NCBI RefSeq assembly: GCF_009914755.1
Contig: NC_060926.1
Reading direction: 5' to 3' (one strand)
Source: the human T2T-CHM13v2.0 reference genome, Homo sapiens
Length of the DNA stretch: 64,000 nt
Under the pieces are notes generated by a model. It saw only the letters and a program-made list of their open reading frames with translations, was not told the DNA's origin and made no database searches. The position numbers were made by a program, and so were the translations under genes. This document shows positions 52,570 to 64,000 of this stretch, piece after piece (positions within the stretch are counted from its first letter, which is position 1; every line of letters starts with the position of its first letter).

Positions 52570-53010
52570 ATCTGCCATGAGTTATAGAAAACAGGCAGTG
52601 ATTAATCAGCCAGTCAACGCCGCGTGCAGCTATCCTCTTTCATTTATCTGCCCCCTGACCCCCCCAGCACAGTCCACGCAGCAATAGGCAAGTGTATTAA
52701 TCATACGCTTTAAAAATATTTAAAGGAGGAGCTGAGCCTGGAGCAGAGTCTCCTTTAATGGACTCATTTTCAGCTGAGGGTGAGTATGCTAATTAGGAGA
52801 TAAAACAAACGGGCTGTTTGAAATGCAAATGAGCTGCTGGGAGCACTTCTGGTCCCTTCCTTCCCTGCCGCCTGTTTGGGAGGCTAAATCTTATTTCTCC
52901 CAGCCGCTTCCCGCCACCGATTTCTAACCAGAAAAGATAGTGGCTGATTCTAAAACTGAGAGGTACTAGGTCGTGTTTTCACCGCCCCCCCTCCCCGCCC
53001 CCCGCCTTTG
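52570..53010. promoter_or_regulatory. Candidate enhancer or promoter-like element (POU/homeodomain motifs plus GC boxes)
   Basis: TGATTAATCA palindrome at 52599, ATGCTAATTAG at 52786, octamer ATGCAAAT at 52823, CCGCCC boxes at 52982-53005. Confidence 0.5.
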
Positions 53011-54460
53011 CCCTGGATCAAGGAGCAGAGAGGACAAAAGTTGCCCCAACTCCAACTCCAGCATGAAAAAACCCCAGCCGGGAGGGGAGGCGTGGCTGCT
53101 CTCCCCCCATCTCCTGGCACCCACCCAGTCCTCCCCATCTCTTGCCAACCCTGCCCCCTCAGTTTCTCTCCTCTCCTTTTCCTCTGCCTCTGCCCAGCTT
53201 GGCGTTTCCCAGCTCGCCTCCCTGCCCACCTCCTTGCCCTCTCCATTCCGTCAGCTGCTAGCAGGAGCCTCGGGCACAAATCCAGAGCCTTCCTGGCTGC
53301 AGCCTTTCCTGGGGTCCCAGGCACCACTCCCACCTACCACCCAGTCTAAACCCCGCCTCCTGTCCCCGCTGCCCTGGGGCCCTCCCTGCCCCATCACAAC
53401 CACACACCTGCTATTCCCTCCTCTGGGCTTGGGGAATCCTAGTGCCCCTGCTTGGAGCCTTCCCTCCCACCTCCCGTGGCTGGCTCCCCAGCCCTTCAGG
53501 ACTCAGGGCGCATCACCTCCTCAGGGAAGCCCTCAGACCTCCTGGTGCCTTCGTGATTCCTGGATCTGGCACCTGTCTTGGGTGTGACAAAGCATGTATG
53601 TGTTTGTGGATTTGTCACCCCTCTTCCCAGGACCTAGGGCTCCTTGGCGCAGGAGCTGTTTTCTCCCCTGCCATGCGCCGTGCCTGCTGGCACATGGCTA
53701 GCATCTAGTGAGTGCACACTGAGTTGAGTTGATTGCTAGGAGGCCCATGAGCTCCCTGCATCCCCTGACAGGCACTGCACCAGCCTAGGGAGCCCTGGCA
53801 GCTCGGGATGACCACCTGCTCTAAGGCAGGTCTGGAGAGGCAGAGAGGAGCATTCAATCCAGGGGCCACCTCATTTAAGATACGCAGTGTTCCACCTGGA
53901 AAGACGGCTCCAAGTCCACCCCTGCCAGTGGGGCTTGTCCCAGTGCAGCGTCTGCTTATTCTAGGAGACGGGAAGAGTGACCTGCACTGTCAGGCAGGGT
54001 CAGACGCTGCCTCTTAACTTCGCCGGCTCAGACTCTTGGCTGGTTCAGGTGTGGAGCTTCCAGCCCCAGCCCTACCCAAGCAGTCCCCAGGCGTCTCTTC
54101 AAGATTCCCAGAACCCAGGTGATCACAGTCTGGCTTCCATCTGTCCTGGGCACAGCCGAGCAGGAGCCCAATCATAATATCGGGGCATTAAATATTTAAA
54201 CATTGTCTTCAGGTAACCGCCCCCCGCCCCCCGCCCCCCGCAAGTCTGAACTCTCTCCCGACTCAGTCCAGTTCACTGGTATTCTCATTCTCCAACTCCT
54301 TATCAAACTGTGTCTCAGGTGGGATTGTCTGGGAAGCAGACGCTGAGACGGAGTGAGGGGTGCAATAGCGTAACGGGGAGCACCACCTGTAAGAGGAGAG
54401 GGAAGAAGCAAGGTGGGCGGGGCCGGCCATCCTGATGCATCCTCCCTGCACAACCTGCAC

Positions 54461-54479
54461 CTGCCAGCAGAGGGCGCCG
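54461..54479 (+). promoter_or_regulatory. CTCF motif (forward)
   Basis: CTGCCAGCAGAGGGCGCCG matches the CCASYAGRKGGCRS core, with locally retained CpGs. Confidence 0.75.
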
Positions 54480-54979
54480 GAGCAAAGCGCGCCCGTCCCA
54501 TCTCAGGAGGCCTGTGGCCGCGGAAGGGGCTGGGATGGGGATCATTGCCCTGCTCAGTCCTTGCTGGGGCCACCCCAGAATAGTGTGCCTTCAGCTCGGA
54601 AACAGGCAAAGCCAACAGCTGGACCCCAGTTCGCAGCTGGGCATCAGTACTTTCTTGAAGGGAAGTCTAAGCGGCCATCTCCTTGGGTCTTAGCTTGAGT
54701 TCCCCTGAGGAGAAAGCCTGACACAGGCAGCAGGGAAGAAAGCTAGGGGAGACCTTCCAGAGTCTGGGATGCATCTCAGAACCATCGGCCTGGGGATGAA
54801 GGAGGGAGTTTTGCCCAGCTGCTTCTGCCCCTGCCGCTCGAGGGTGGCCCCGTGGTGTGGCCCCACACTTCCAGATACACAGGCGTGGGTGCTGAGCAGT
54901 TTCACCATACCCCACATGGGCCAGGTGCAAGGTGCTGTCCACCCCAGCTGTGTGAGGTTGGCCAAAGCCACGTGGAACT

Positions 54980-55540
54980 GGTCATGCAGCAGACAGACAT
55001 GGGAGACAGCAGGTTGAGGAGGAGTCGGGAACATCGAGAGTTTGTTTGGGGACCCCATTAAAGTTGAGGTCTTATATAAACATCCAATCGCAGAAGGATG
55101 CATAGTTACCAACCTGTAGCTCAGGGAGCTGCCGGGCTGGAAACATACACTTGGGAACCACCTGCTTATGGACAACATGAAAAGCCATGGCCTGGATGAG
55201 TTCACTTAGGGGCAGAAAAGAGAAGAGGTGTTTGGATGCAGCCCTGAGAACCCTCTTAAGATAGAGAGAAGGGAAGAACAAGTCAAGGAGGTCAAGGCGG
55301 TGCTGTGGGGATGGGAGGGAAACCAGGGGCATGGCAGATCATGGGATGGGCTAGAGTGCGGGGAAGGCCTCGGAAGGGAGCCTGGACGGTCTGTCCATCC
55401 CAACAGCAGGGAAGACGTGGCCCCTCCGTGGACATATGTGCTCGGATTGCTCTTTCTCCAGTGTACTCGAAAGCAAGGCATCAGCCTGAGAGTTTGGAGA
55501 AAGAAGAGGCTGCCGTGCCTTTGTGGGGAGAGTGAAGATG
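54980..55540 (-). mobile_element. L2
   Basis: gagtttgtttggggac...aagttgaggtc...aaagccatggcctggatgagttcacttaggg. Confidence 0.65.
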
Positions 55541-57084
55541 AGGAAAAGTCTCCCAAAACACTACGGGGGCGTGTTGGGATCTTTTCCCTCAATCAGGCTG
55601 AGCATATGTTCTGGTGTCCCACCTGCTCAGGCACCCCCTGGCTCCCCAGGATGTACATGTGTCAGGGTGAGCAGCCAAGGCCTAGAGCACAGTCCAGGCT
55701 TGTGGTCAGGGCGGAGGTGGGGCATTATCATGAGGCTCAAGGGTAGCATTTTGTTCCAGAGTGAGCATCTAGGGTGACATTTAGATGTGACTGCACTTCG
55801 AAGTCACCGGGTAAACTTGGACAAGCCCCAACTCACCTCCAGATGTCCCTGTTTCCTGACCTGCAAGAGGCGTGTGTTGGGGTGGGTGAGTCTGTTTCCA
55901 TCTTTACAAGTCTAGGAGACTCTTCCTTAAGCTACAGGGACAGAATGCCCAGATACCACCCTAGTCTGATCATAAGCAATGCTGACTGCAGCCAGCTGCG
56001 GCTGCACAGGACCTATTCCTGTCATTTCAGACGCTTCCAGAAAAAACAGAATCTATTAGATTTTAGGGTGATTGTAGCTGCAAAGTTCCAATGTGTAGGG
56101 ACTGACAAGACGCCACCACTGACAGTGGAGGCCGCAGCTTCCTGTGGCTCCTCATTGAATGTGTGTCCGGCTCCGAATGCAGCAGGTCCACAGGTCACAA
56201 CTCACTGTCCTGGGGACGGCGGCCTGACTGGTCCTGCTTGGTGAGTGGTCTGTCTGATTAATTCTGGTAAAGAAAGAGACCGCTTCAGTTTGCACTTTGA
56301 ATTTTCCCTCCTACTGGTTACAGCTCTGGTGGGACAATTAACCACGTGCTGTGTTTGCCGAAAGTCTCTGTGGCACGATGCCAGGCACATGCGGTAGGGG
56401 TTGGGTGCTCACTGGCTGTGTGGCTGAACAAGGGCAAGATGCCTGGGTGGTGACTCTGAGAAACTCCCTGTTTTGTCCCCCCCGCCTTTGCATTCTGGTT
56501 CCTGCAAGCCCATCCCTCCCCATAACTCTGATAAATGGCCAGGCCCCTTGAGCAGAAGGAGGGGCATTTTCAGTGCACTGCAGGGAGCTGTGTAGGGCCT
56601 TGTTCTGCCTGACACCTTTATTAATCGCTCAGCCAGGAAGATAAACAGATTGTTAATTAAATTTGCAGATGTTGCTAAATTGGGTGGTGTTCTGATCGTT
56701 CAGTCCCCGGAAGATAGAATGGTCCCACATCGGGCCTCCGAGAGATCAGGCTGGGCCGATGCTAGGCCACAGGTGCTTTAGTGCGTGGGTAATAGCAATG
56801 CACTGATTATGGCCAGCGTTTGTTGAGCATTTACTGTGAGCCCAGGAATCACAGGTCTGGATTTCAGCTACTCACATGCTGGGGGCTTTGAGCAAGAGTT
56901 TTGCCCTCTCTGGGCCTGGATTTGTTCATCTGTGCAAGATAGGGGTCCCTCACAGCTGTGGCATTCATGAGCTTCAGTGTTTGGGACCTTGCCAAGTGGA
57001 GGCAGGGGCCCTGTTTTCCATTTCAGAGGGTGATCAGCGCCCACTGTCCCCGCACTAAGCTCTACTCTTTTGGGAAGTAGAGAG

Positions 57085-57632
57085 AGTCTTGAGTCCCGGA
57101 TCTTGGGGTGGGGGGATCTGGGGGATCTGAGGGGTCTGGGAAGGCCTGATGCCTGAGGATCTGTATCTGTGTGCAGAGTCCAGGGGTCTAGGACATTGAG
57201 GGGCTTTGGGGCTGTAATGGTTCCTAGGAGTGTAAAGAGTCTAGAAGGATCTGAAGACTGAGGGCAGTTTGTAGGGGTTTGTAGAGTCTAGGGGTCTGAG
57301 GGTCTGGAGGGTAGGAGGGATAAACGGTTTGGGGTCCAAGGACTAGGGTTTGGGAAGCTGGAGGTGTTGGGGCCTGGGGGATCTGGTTCTGAGAGTTTTG
57401 GAGGCTTGGAGGTTATGGAGTCTGGGGCTTTCTGGAATTCAGTCTTAAGGGTCTGGGACTCTGGGATGGTTTGAGGACTTAGAAATCTAGCATATGGAAA
57501 GTCACAGGGTGTGGGGGTGCAGAATTGGGAGATGAGGAGTCTAGGAGACAGGAATTTGGGGAGAGTCTGGAGTCTCAGTCTTGGTGGTCTTGGGAAATCT
57601 GGAGCTGGAAGTTTGAAGGTCTGGGATCTGAC
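57085..57632. repeat. Degenerate G-rich GGRRTCT-type low-complexity array
   Basis: Many gggtct/ggatct/gagtct variants with strong G-over-C skew on the plus strand. Confidence 0.7.
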
Positions 57633-57670
57633 GGAAGAGAGCCAGGAGCTGAAAGCTGAACGTGGCCAAA

Positions 57671-57689
57671 TAGCGCCACCTAGTGTCCA
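57671..57689 (-). promoter_or_regulatory. CTCF motif (reverse)
   Basis: Minus strand reads TGGACACTAGGTGGCGCTA, a near-consensus 19-mer. Confidence 0.75.
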
Positions 57690-58151
57690 TTTCTCCACAT
57701 TACAGCCAGAAAGGAGGTGGCCTAGGTGGGCATTTCTGGAAACCCTGAGGGCAGCTGTGCAGGGAGGGGGCTGAGCAGAATCTCTAGGCTTACAAACTTG
57801 CAGTGTTACGCCCGCTCCTGGCAGAGAGTGTGTCCATCTTGTTCACTGTGACCCAACATGTAGAATAGCACCTGACATGTCCTAGATGTGCAATACTCTC
57901 TTCTTAAGTGAGTAAGCAAGGGAAATTCAATTTGAAAGTAGTTCACCTGACAAGGGCAATGCTTAACGCACACCCCAGTGTGAGCATACAGACACGCATG
58001 CCCACCAACAGCCAGCATTCATGGAACACTTATATTGCCCCAAACAGCACTATGATGTAGGCACCGCTGCCATCACCCTTTCACTGAGGAGGAACCTGAG
58101 ACTTCCCACGTGAACGCTGTGCCCTGTATCCAGGGGAATTACAGAAAGTCT

Positions 58152-58438
58152 AGACCTGCACTGTTCCAGACGGTGGCCACTGACCAGGTGCAGCCAACAG
58201 TGGCTAGTTCACATGGAGATAAGCTCAAAGTGTAAAATATGCACTGCATTTCAAAGACGGTATAAATACAAGTAAAGGACCACATTAATAAGTGTTTATG
58301 TTAAACGCACGTCTACATGATCATTTTTGGATATGTTCTGTTGAATAATCAGTTTCTTTTTCCTTTTAAAAATATGGCTCCTAGAAAATTTAAAATGACA
58401 TCGATTGCTGGCGCCCTACGTCTCAGATAGCGCTGGTT
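58152..58438. mobile_element. MER33 (hAT-Charlie)
   Basis: agacctgcactgt...gtgtaaaatatgcactgcatttcaaagac...tagaaaatttaaaatgacat...agcgctggt. Confidence 0.8.
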
Positions 58439-59463
58439 TAAAGTGAGTCACTGATCACTGGTGAATAAGACTCAAGTCTTGGTGGTGGGTGGGTGGGGAC
58501 AAATTTCTCCAGGGGTGCCTGGAGGTAATGGGGGAAGCCTGACTGGTGGATCTGCGTGTGGGGGAGAAATTAGTCTAGGAGACAAGTTTAGCCAAGGAAT
58601 GTCCCACAGAGTAGAGTCCTTGAGGGACCAGATGTCAAGTGCCTCTTGAGGGGCTAGAACGTAGGTCATCAATACAATCTAACACTCCTACCCCCTACTT
58701 CCTCTCCCTCTCCCCTTACTTGGGCCTTAGGGATAGGTAGAGAGTTGGGCAAGGAAAACTCATTCCAGGCAAAGATGTTGGGTATGGGGAGGAAGGCATG
58801 TTGCTTAGAAGAGGGATGAGGATGCTGGGCAGCTCCAGTGAGTGGAGAGGGCGGGGTGAGTGGGGCAATGGGTGTGGCAGAGAACGAGAGGCTAGAATGC
58901 TGCGTAAAGAGGTCTGACTGGGGACAGATGTCAATGGTGAGCTGGGGCTGCATCTGTGGTCTGCAGGGCAGTGGGGCCACCTCATGTGTGCTTGACTCTA
59001 CAGCACATGCTGTGCTAGAGCCCAAGCGGGTCCCCAGGGCACAGATCCACCAGGCAAGCTGGTCCTGGCTCCATCAGGCAGGGCTCTAGACGTCTGTTTC
59101 TGAAGTCAGGTGTTGCACAGTTACTGAATGGGAAAGGGATATTGGAGACACTGCCCCAAGTAAGAACAGCACAGCGGTAATGCCCACTTCCACACCCCCC
59201 AGGCTGTTTGTGTCCAGCAGAGTTCAAGCCTGTGGCACCAGCGTGACTCACATGGTGCGTGTGGGGCTCCGCTGTGGCTTCCTGAGCACATCACCTTTGC
59301 AGGATCTGGGCCTCTGCCCTGCAAACTTCAGGATGAAGGCAGACCTTGGTCCTGTCTCCTGGGAGCTCACCTGCCAGCAGAGGAGACAGAACCTTCACTC
59401 ACGACTACCCCCATGCCCCGCGTGACCTGGGCAGTAACACAATCACACTTAAGGCACACAGTT

Positions 59464-59816
59464 TGTCTTAGTCTGTTCAGCTGCTAGAACAAAACGCCAT
59501 AGACCGGGTGTCTTATAAACAACAGAAGTTTCTTTATTACAGCTCTGGAAGCTGGAAGTCCAAAATCAAGATGGCAGCAGGTTTGGTGAGGGCCTGCTTC
59601 CTGGTTCACAGACGGCTCCTTCTTGCTGTGTCCCATGAGGTGGAAAGGACAAGGCAGCCTCTGGGGCCTCTATTATAATGACACAAATCCCACTCAGGAG
59701 GGTGGATCCCTCATGACATCATCACCTCTCCAGGGCCCCACCTCCTCATACCATTGCCTTGGGGTTAGTTCTCAACATATGAATTTCCAGGAGACACAAA
59801 CTTTCAGACCATAGCA
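59464..59816 (-). mobile_element. MLT1A-group MaLR LTR
   Basis: tgtcttagtctgttcagctgct...tttcagaccatagca. 5-bp TSD cagtt/caggt. Confidence 0.9.
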
Positions 59817-60192
59817 CAGGTCCATTGGAAGAGAGGGGATCCAGGGAGATGTTCCCTGCAGAAGTGCAACAGCAAAGTGAGAATGTGAAGTTCAAAGAGA
59901 AGCTTGCCAGAGGTCCAGGGTGGGAAGGGGTAAGTTGGGACCCACAGGAAGCTTGGGGAGGGATGGAGAGACAGGGAGAGGCAGGGGCCAGGCTAGGGCT
60001 GGGGGGATGGTAGTCTGGAGGCCTAGGGTAGGGTAGGGTCAGGTTTGCCTCTCAGAGAGCTCCTTTAGAAAGCATCCTGTGGTTGCTGGGTGCAAAATGG
60101 ACAAGAGGGAGGCTGGAGGCAGGGGCCAGCAGGGAGGCAGCAGCACTTACATGGAGACAGATTATGAAGACCTGATGATGATGAAGGAATCA

Positions 60193-60541
<349 letters not shown>

Positions 60542-60582
60542 TTAACTCCATTAACTCATTTAATACATTCAACAACCTGATG

Positions 60583-60894
60583 TTTTTTGTTTTGTTTTTG
60601 TTCTTGTTTTGAGACAGGGTCTCCACTCTGTCACCCAGACTGGAGTGCAGTGGCACGATCTTGGCTCACCACAACTTCCGCCACCCAGGCTCAAGTGATT
60701 CTCCTGCCTCAGCCTCCCTAGCAGCTGAGATTACAGGCACATGCCATCAGTGCCCGGCTAATTTTTGTATTCTTAGTAGAGACGGGGTTTCACCATGTTG
60801 GCCAGGCTAGTCTCGAACTACTGACCTCAAATGATCCACCCACCTCGGCCTCCCAAAGTGCTGGGATTACAGGCGTGAGCCACCACGCCTGGCC
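60583..60894 (-). mobile_element. Alu (S/J), tail-to-tail with the previous Alu
   Basis: Full antisense Alu with a T/G-rich tail, inserted in a MIR. Confidence 0.95.
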
Positions 60895-61168
60895 ATGATA
60901 TTGTTGTATTGAAGGACAAAACAATTAAGTGACTTGTCCAAAGCTACCCAACTGTGGAGCAGGGTTGGACCCCCAGGCGCCTGGCTCCAGAGTCCACTGA
61001 GATGAAGCAGAGGGGCACTGGGGACACCTGGGGTTGCCTGATGGACACCAGTGCATGCTGCTAGTCTTCTCTTCCCTTGGTCATGCCTGCTGGCTGTAAG
61101 TTTCTACCTACCGACTGACTCCAGGGCTTGTATCCAGAGGCACACTTAGAAGGGTGCGCCCTCACCCT

Positions 61169-61390
61169 AGCCTGGCCAATATGGTGAAACCCGGTCTCTA
61201 CCAAAAGTACAAAAATTAGCCAGGCATGGTGGCATCTGCCTGTAATCCCAGCTACTTAGGAGGCTGAGGCAGAAGAATCACTTGAACCCAGGAGGTGGAG
61301 GTTGCAGTGAGCCAAGACCGTGGCACTGCACTCCAGCCTGGGTGACAGAGTGAGACTCCGTCTCAAAAAAAAAAAGAAAAAAAAAAAAAG
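61169..61390 (+). mobile_element. 5'-truncated AluS
   Basis: Begins agcctggccaatatggtgaaacc and ends in poly-A. Confidence 0.93.
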
Positions 61391-61950
61391 AAGGACCCAC
61401 CCTCTGCTGAGGCCAAAGCCCCCCTCTTCTAGCCCCCTAGATTTGTAGGGAAGGCCATATTTTATAGACGGGAGTGGGGCCGGCAGCCATCTCTCTGTCA
61501 TGCCAACAATTGGCGGATGATTAAATTTCTATAGGTGTGAAGTGTAAAGTGCAAGTTAATTTCCTCCAGGAAAGGAAATCCTTGACACTTCAGCCAAATG
61601 ATGAGTGGGAGCTCTAAATCCCCGGGAGGAGAAGGGGGAGTGTGAGCTATGGGGGCGGTGGCACCGCCAAGGGGCACGCTGCTGCTGCCTCAGCACTTGG
61701 TCACGGCCCAAAACAGACTTTTCAAAACGGCCGCACGTGGTGGATGAGCCAATCCTCGTCCTCCCTGCCCTTCTTGAGACTGTCATCAACCCTCAGCAAA
61801 ATGAAGTGACTTAGCCGGGGGCACATTGGCTCTAAATGGTGGAGAGGAAGCTGCTGGGTTTTCCAGTATGTAAGAAATTCGAGCTGTAACAGCAAGTCAA
61901 TCTCACATGGAAATATTTGGGGAAAAAAATATCAATATTAAGATCTTGTT

Positions 61951-62258
61951 GGCCAGGTGCAGTGGCTCACACCTGTAATCCCTTCGCTTTGGGAGGTCAA
62001 GGTGGAAGGGTCACTTGAGGCCAGGAATTTGAGATGAGCCTAGGCGACAAAGCGAGACTCCCATCTCCACAAAAAAAAAAAAAAAAAAAAAAGTTTTAAA
62101 AATAAGCTACGCGTGGTATGCATGCTTGTAGTCCTAGATACTTGGGAGGGAGGCAAGAGAATCCCTAGAGCCTGGGATTTTGAGGCTGCGGTGAGCCGTG
62201 ATCGTGCCACTTACTGCACTCCAGCCTGGGCAAAAGAGAGAGAAAACAACAAAAAAAG
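61951..62258 (+). mobile_element. AluJ with an expanded middle A tract
   Basis: ggccaggtgcagtggctcac...ccatctccac(A)22gttttaaaaataagc...actccagcctgggc. Confidence 0.92.
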
Positions 62259-62522
62259 AACTAGTCAATGCGCATGCATTGGAAATGTTTTAAAAATGGG
62301 CCTTCAAAGGAAAGCACATTATTTCCTTCATGTAGTATTGAATACAGTATTCCTAACTCCGGTAAGAAATCATGGTTTTTTGGACCGCAAACCATTGTTC
62401 AGACACTTCCAGGAGGAGGTGAAATGCTCCTTTTTGGGGTGGCTTGTGTTGCTGTGCCCTGCCACTAGAGGGTGGCATCAGCCAGGATAAATAACCATAA
62501 TGTCTCACATTTCCGTCATTAG

Positions 62523-62918
<396 letters not shown>

Positions 62919-62931
62919 CACCAGAAGCTTT

Positions 62932-63085
62932 AAAATCTCATTTAAGCATCCTTACAAGCCCATGAAGAAGGTATTTGGAGGCTCAGAGTAGTTCAGGGGT
63001 TTGCCCAAGGTCACTCAGCTAGTGACTGACAGAGCTGGGGTTTGAACCCAGGTCTATTGGACGCTGACCCTGGAGCTCTTCATTA
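62932..63085 (-). mobile_element. MIR
   Basis: gaggctcagag...ttgcccaaggtcactcagctagtgactgacagagctggggtttgaacccagg. Confidence 0.8.
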
Positions 63086-63859
63086 CCAGGACATTCTGCC
63101 TTCAGGGTCAAGGTCAAAGCGGAGATCTCACCCCAGGGCCCCTGACTCCAGGGCCCAGTTTGGCAGAACCAGCAGATCCCCAAGGACAGAGGAAAGCCAC
63201 AGCAACATGCACCCTGTGGGCTGCTGCTCTCTGACCAAGGGAAGCAAATGCAGTTCCCGGGCTTTTCTCGTCCAGCAAGCCCACTGGAACTCTGCCAAAG
63301 TGCCACTGGCTTTGTGTGCAAGGATTTTAGACTGCGCTGTGCACTACATGTGGCAGTCGCCCTTGCCTTGCCTTTCCCCTCGTCAAGGATGAAGGCTGAG
63401 CCTCTTAAAGAAGGTGTCAGAAAAAGAGCAGGTGCAGCTCCCCCAGGAAATACTGAAATGACATCAGAGCCAGGGAATTCCCCTTTAAGGCTTCTTCTCA
63501 GAATTCTTCAAGGGGTCCCTGTTTCTGTTAAAAACAGCCTTGCCCCTCCAGCTGGGTCTGACCCACCTGGTGCCACAAGGTGAGGGGCAGAAGGAAGGGG
63601 GAGCTGGCAAAGTCGGGGGAGACGTTCAGCTCCCCTTCCACCCTGTTCTCCACTCCAGGCATCTTGGATTTGGATGAAGTTAGAAGGACTAGGGATTTCA
63701 GGAAAGGGAATGAATAAAAGGCAAGGAAGAGATGCCAGAGTGGAGGAGGAGGGTCCTGAAGAAGAGAACGTCCTGCTCCCCAGCATGTCAGCTACTGCTC
63801 GCCGACCCTCCGATGGCTGGCGGTGAGCTGGGCTCTGAGCTTGAGCTCCTCTCCCCAAA

Positions 63860-63975
63860 ACCGTGTGATGTATTGCCCCCATTTTACAGATGGAGGGCCG
63901 AGACTCAGGAAGGGTTATTACCTGCTCAAGGTCACATAGCTGGCTGATGACACCAAAGCAGGGTTCATCTGTGTG
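63860..63975 (-). mobile_element. MIR
   Basis: cccattttacagatggagggccgagactcagg...gctcaaggtcacatagctgg. Confidence 0.75.
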
Positions 63976-64000
63976 CTGTAGCTCCCCGTCCCCCGTGGCC

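Overview
Primate, most likely human, non-coding genomic DNA (AluJ/S/Y present). I find no credible protein-coding exon, tRNA, rRNA or CpG island. The ORF track is explained by Alu, simple-repeat and GC-rich chance ORFs. Much of the window is interspersed repeat: about 18 Alus, old L1, L2, MIR, MaLR/ERVL/ERV1 LTRs and hAT/Tigger MITEs. Repeat family names come from recalled consensus sequences and need RepeatMasker/Dfam confirmation. Between the repeats are AT-rich islands dense in homeodomain, forkhead and POU motifs that look like developmental enhancers, plus a cluster of CTCF motifs at 48-62 kb. Most unusual: (1) a 12 x 27-bp minisatellite made of perfect 22-bp palindromes, each unit carrying an HRE core and E2-boxes, inside an inverted-duplicated flank; (2) a ~95% identical 165-bp local inverted duplication within an ancient L1; (3) two 5'-truncated Alus fused head-to-head into a hairpin; (4) eight forkhead sites in ~540 bp; (5) divergent and convergent CTCF sites. 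I cannot place the locus on a chromosome from sequence alone.
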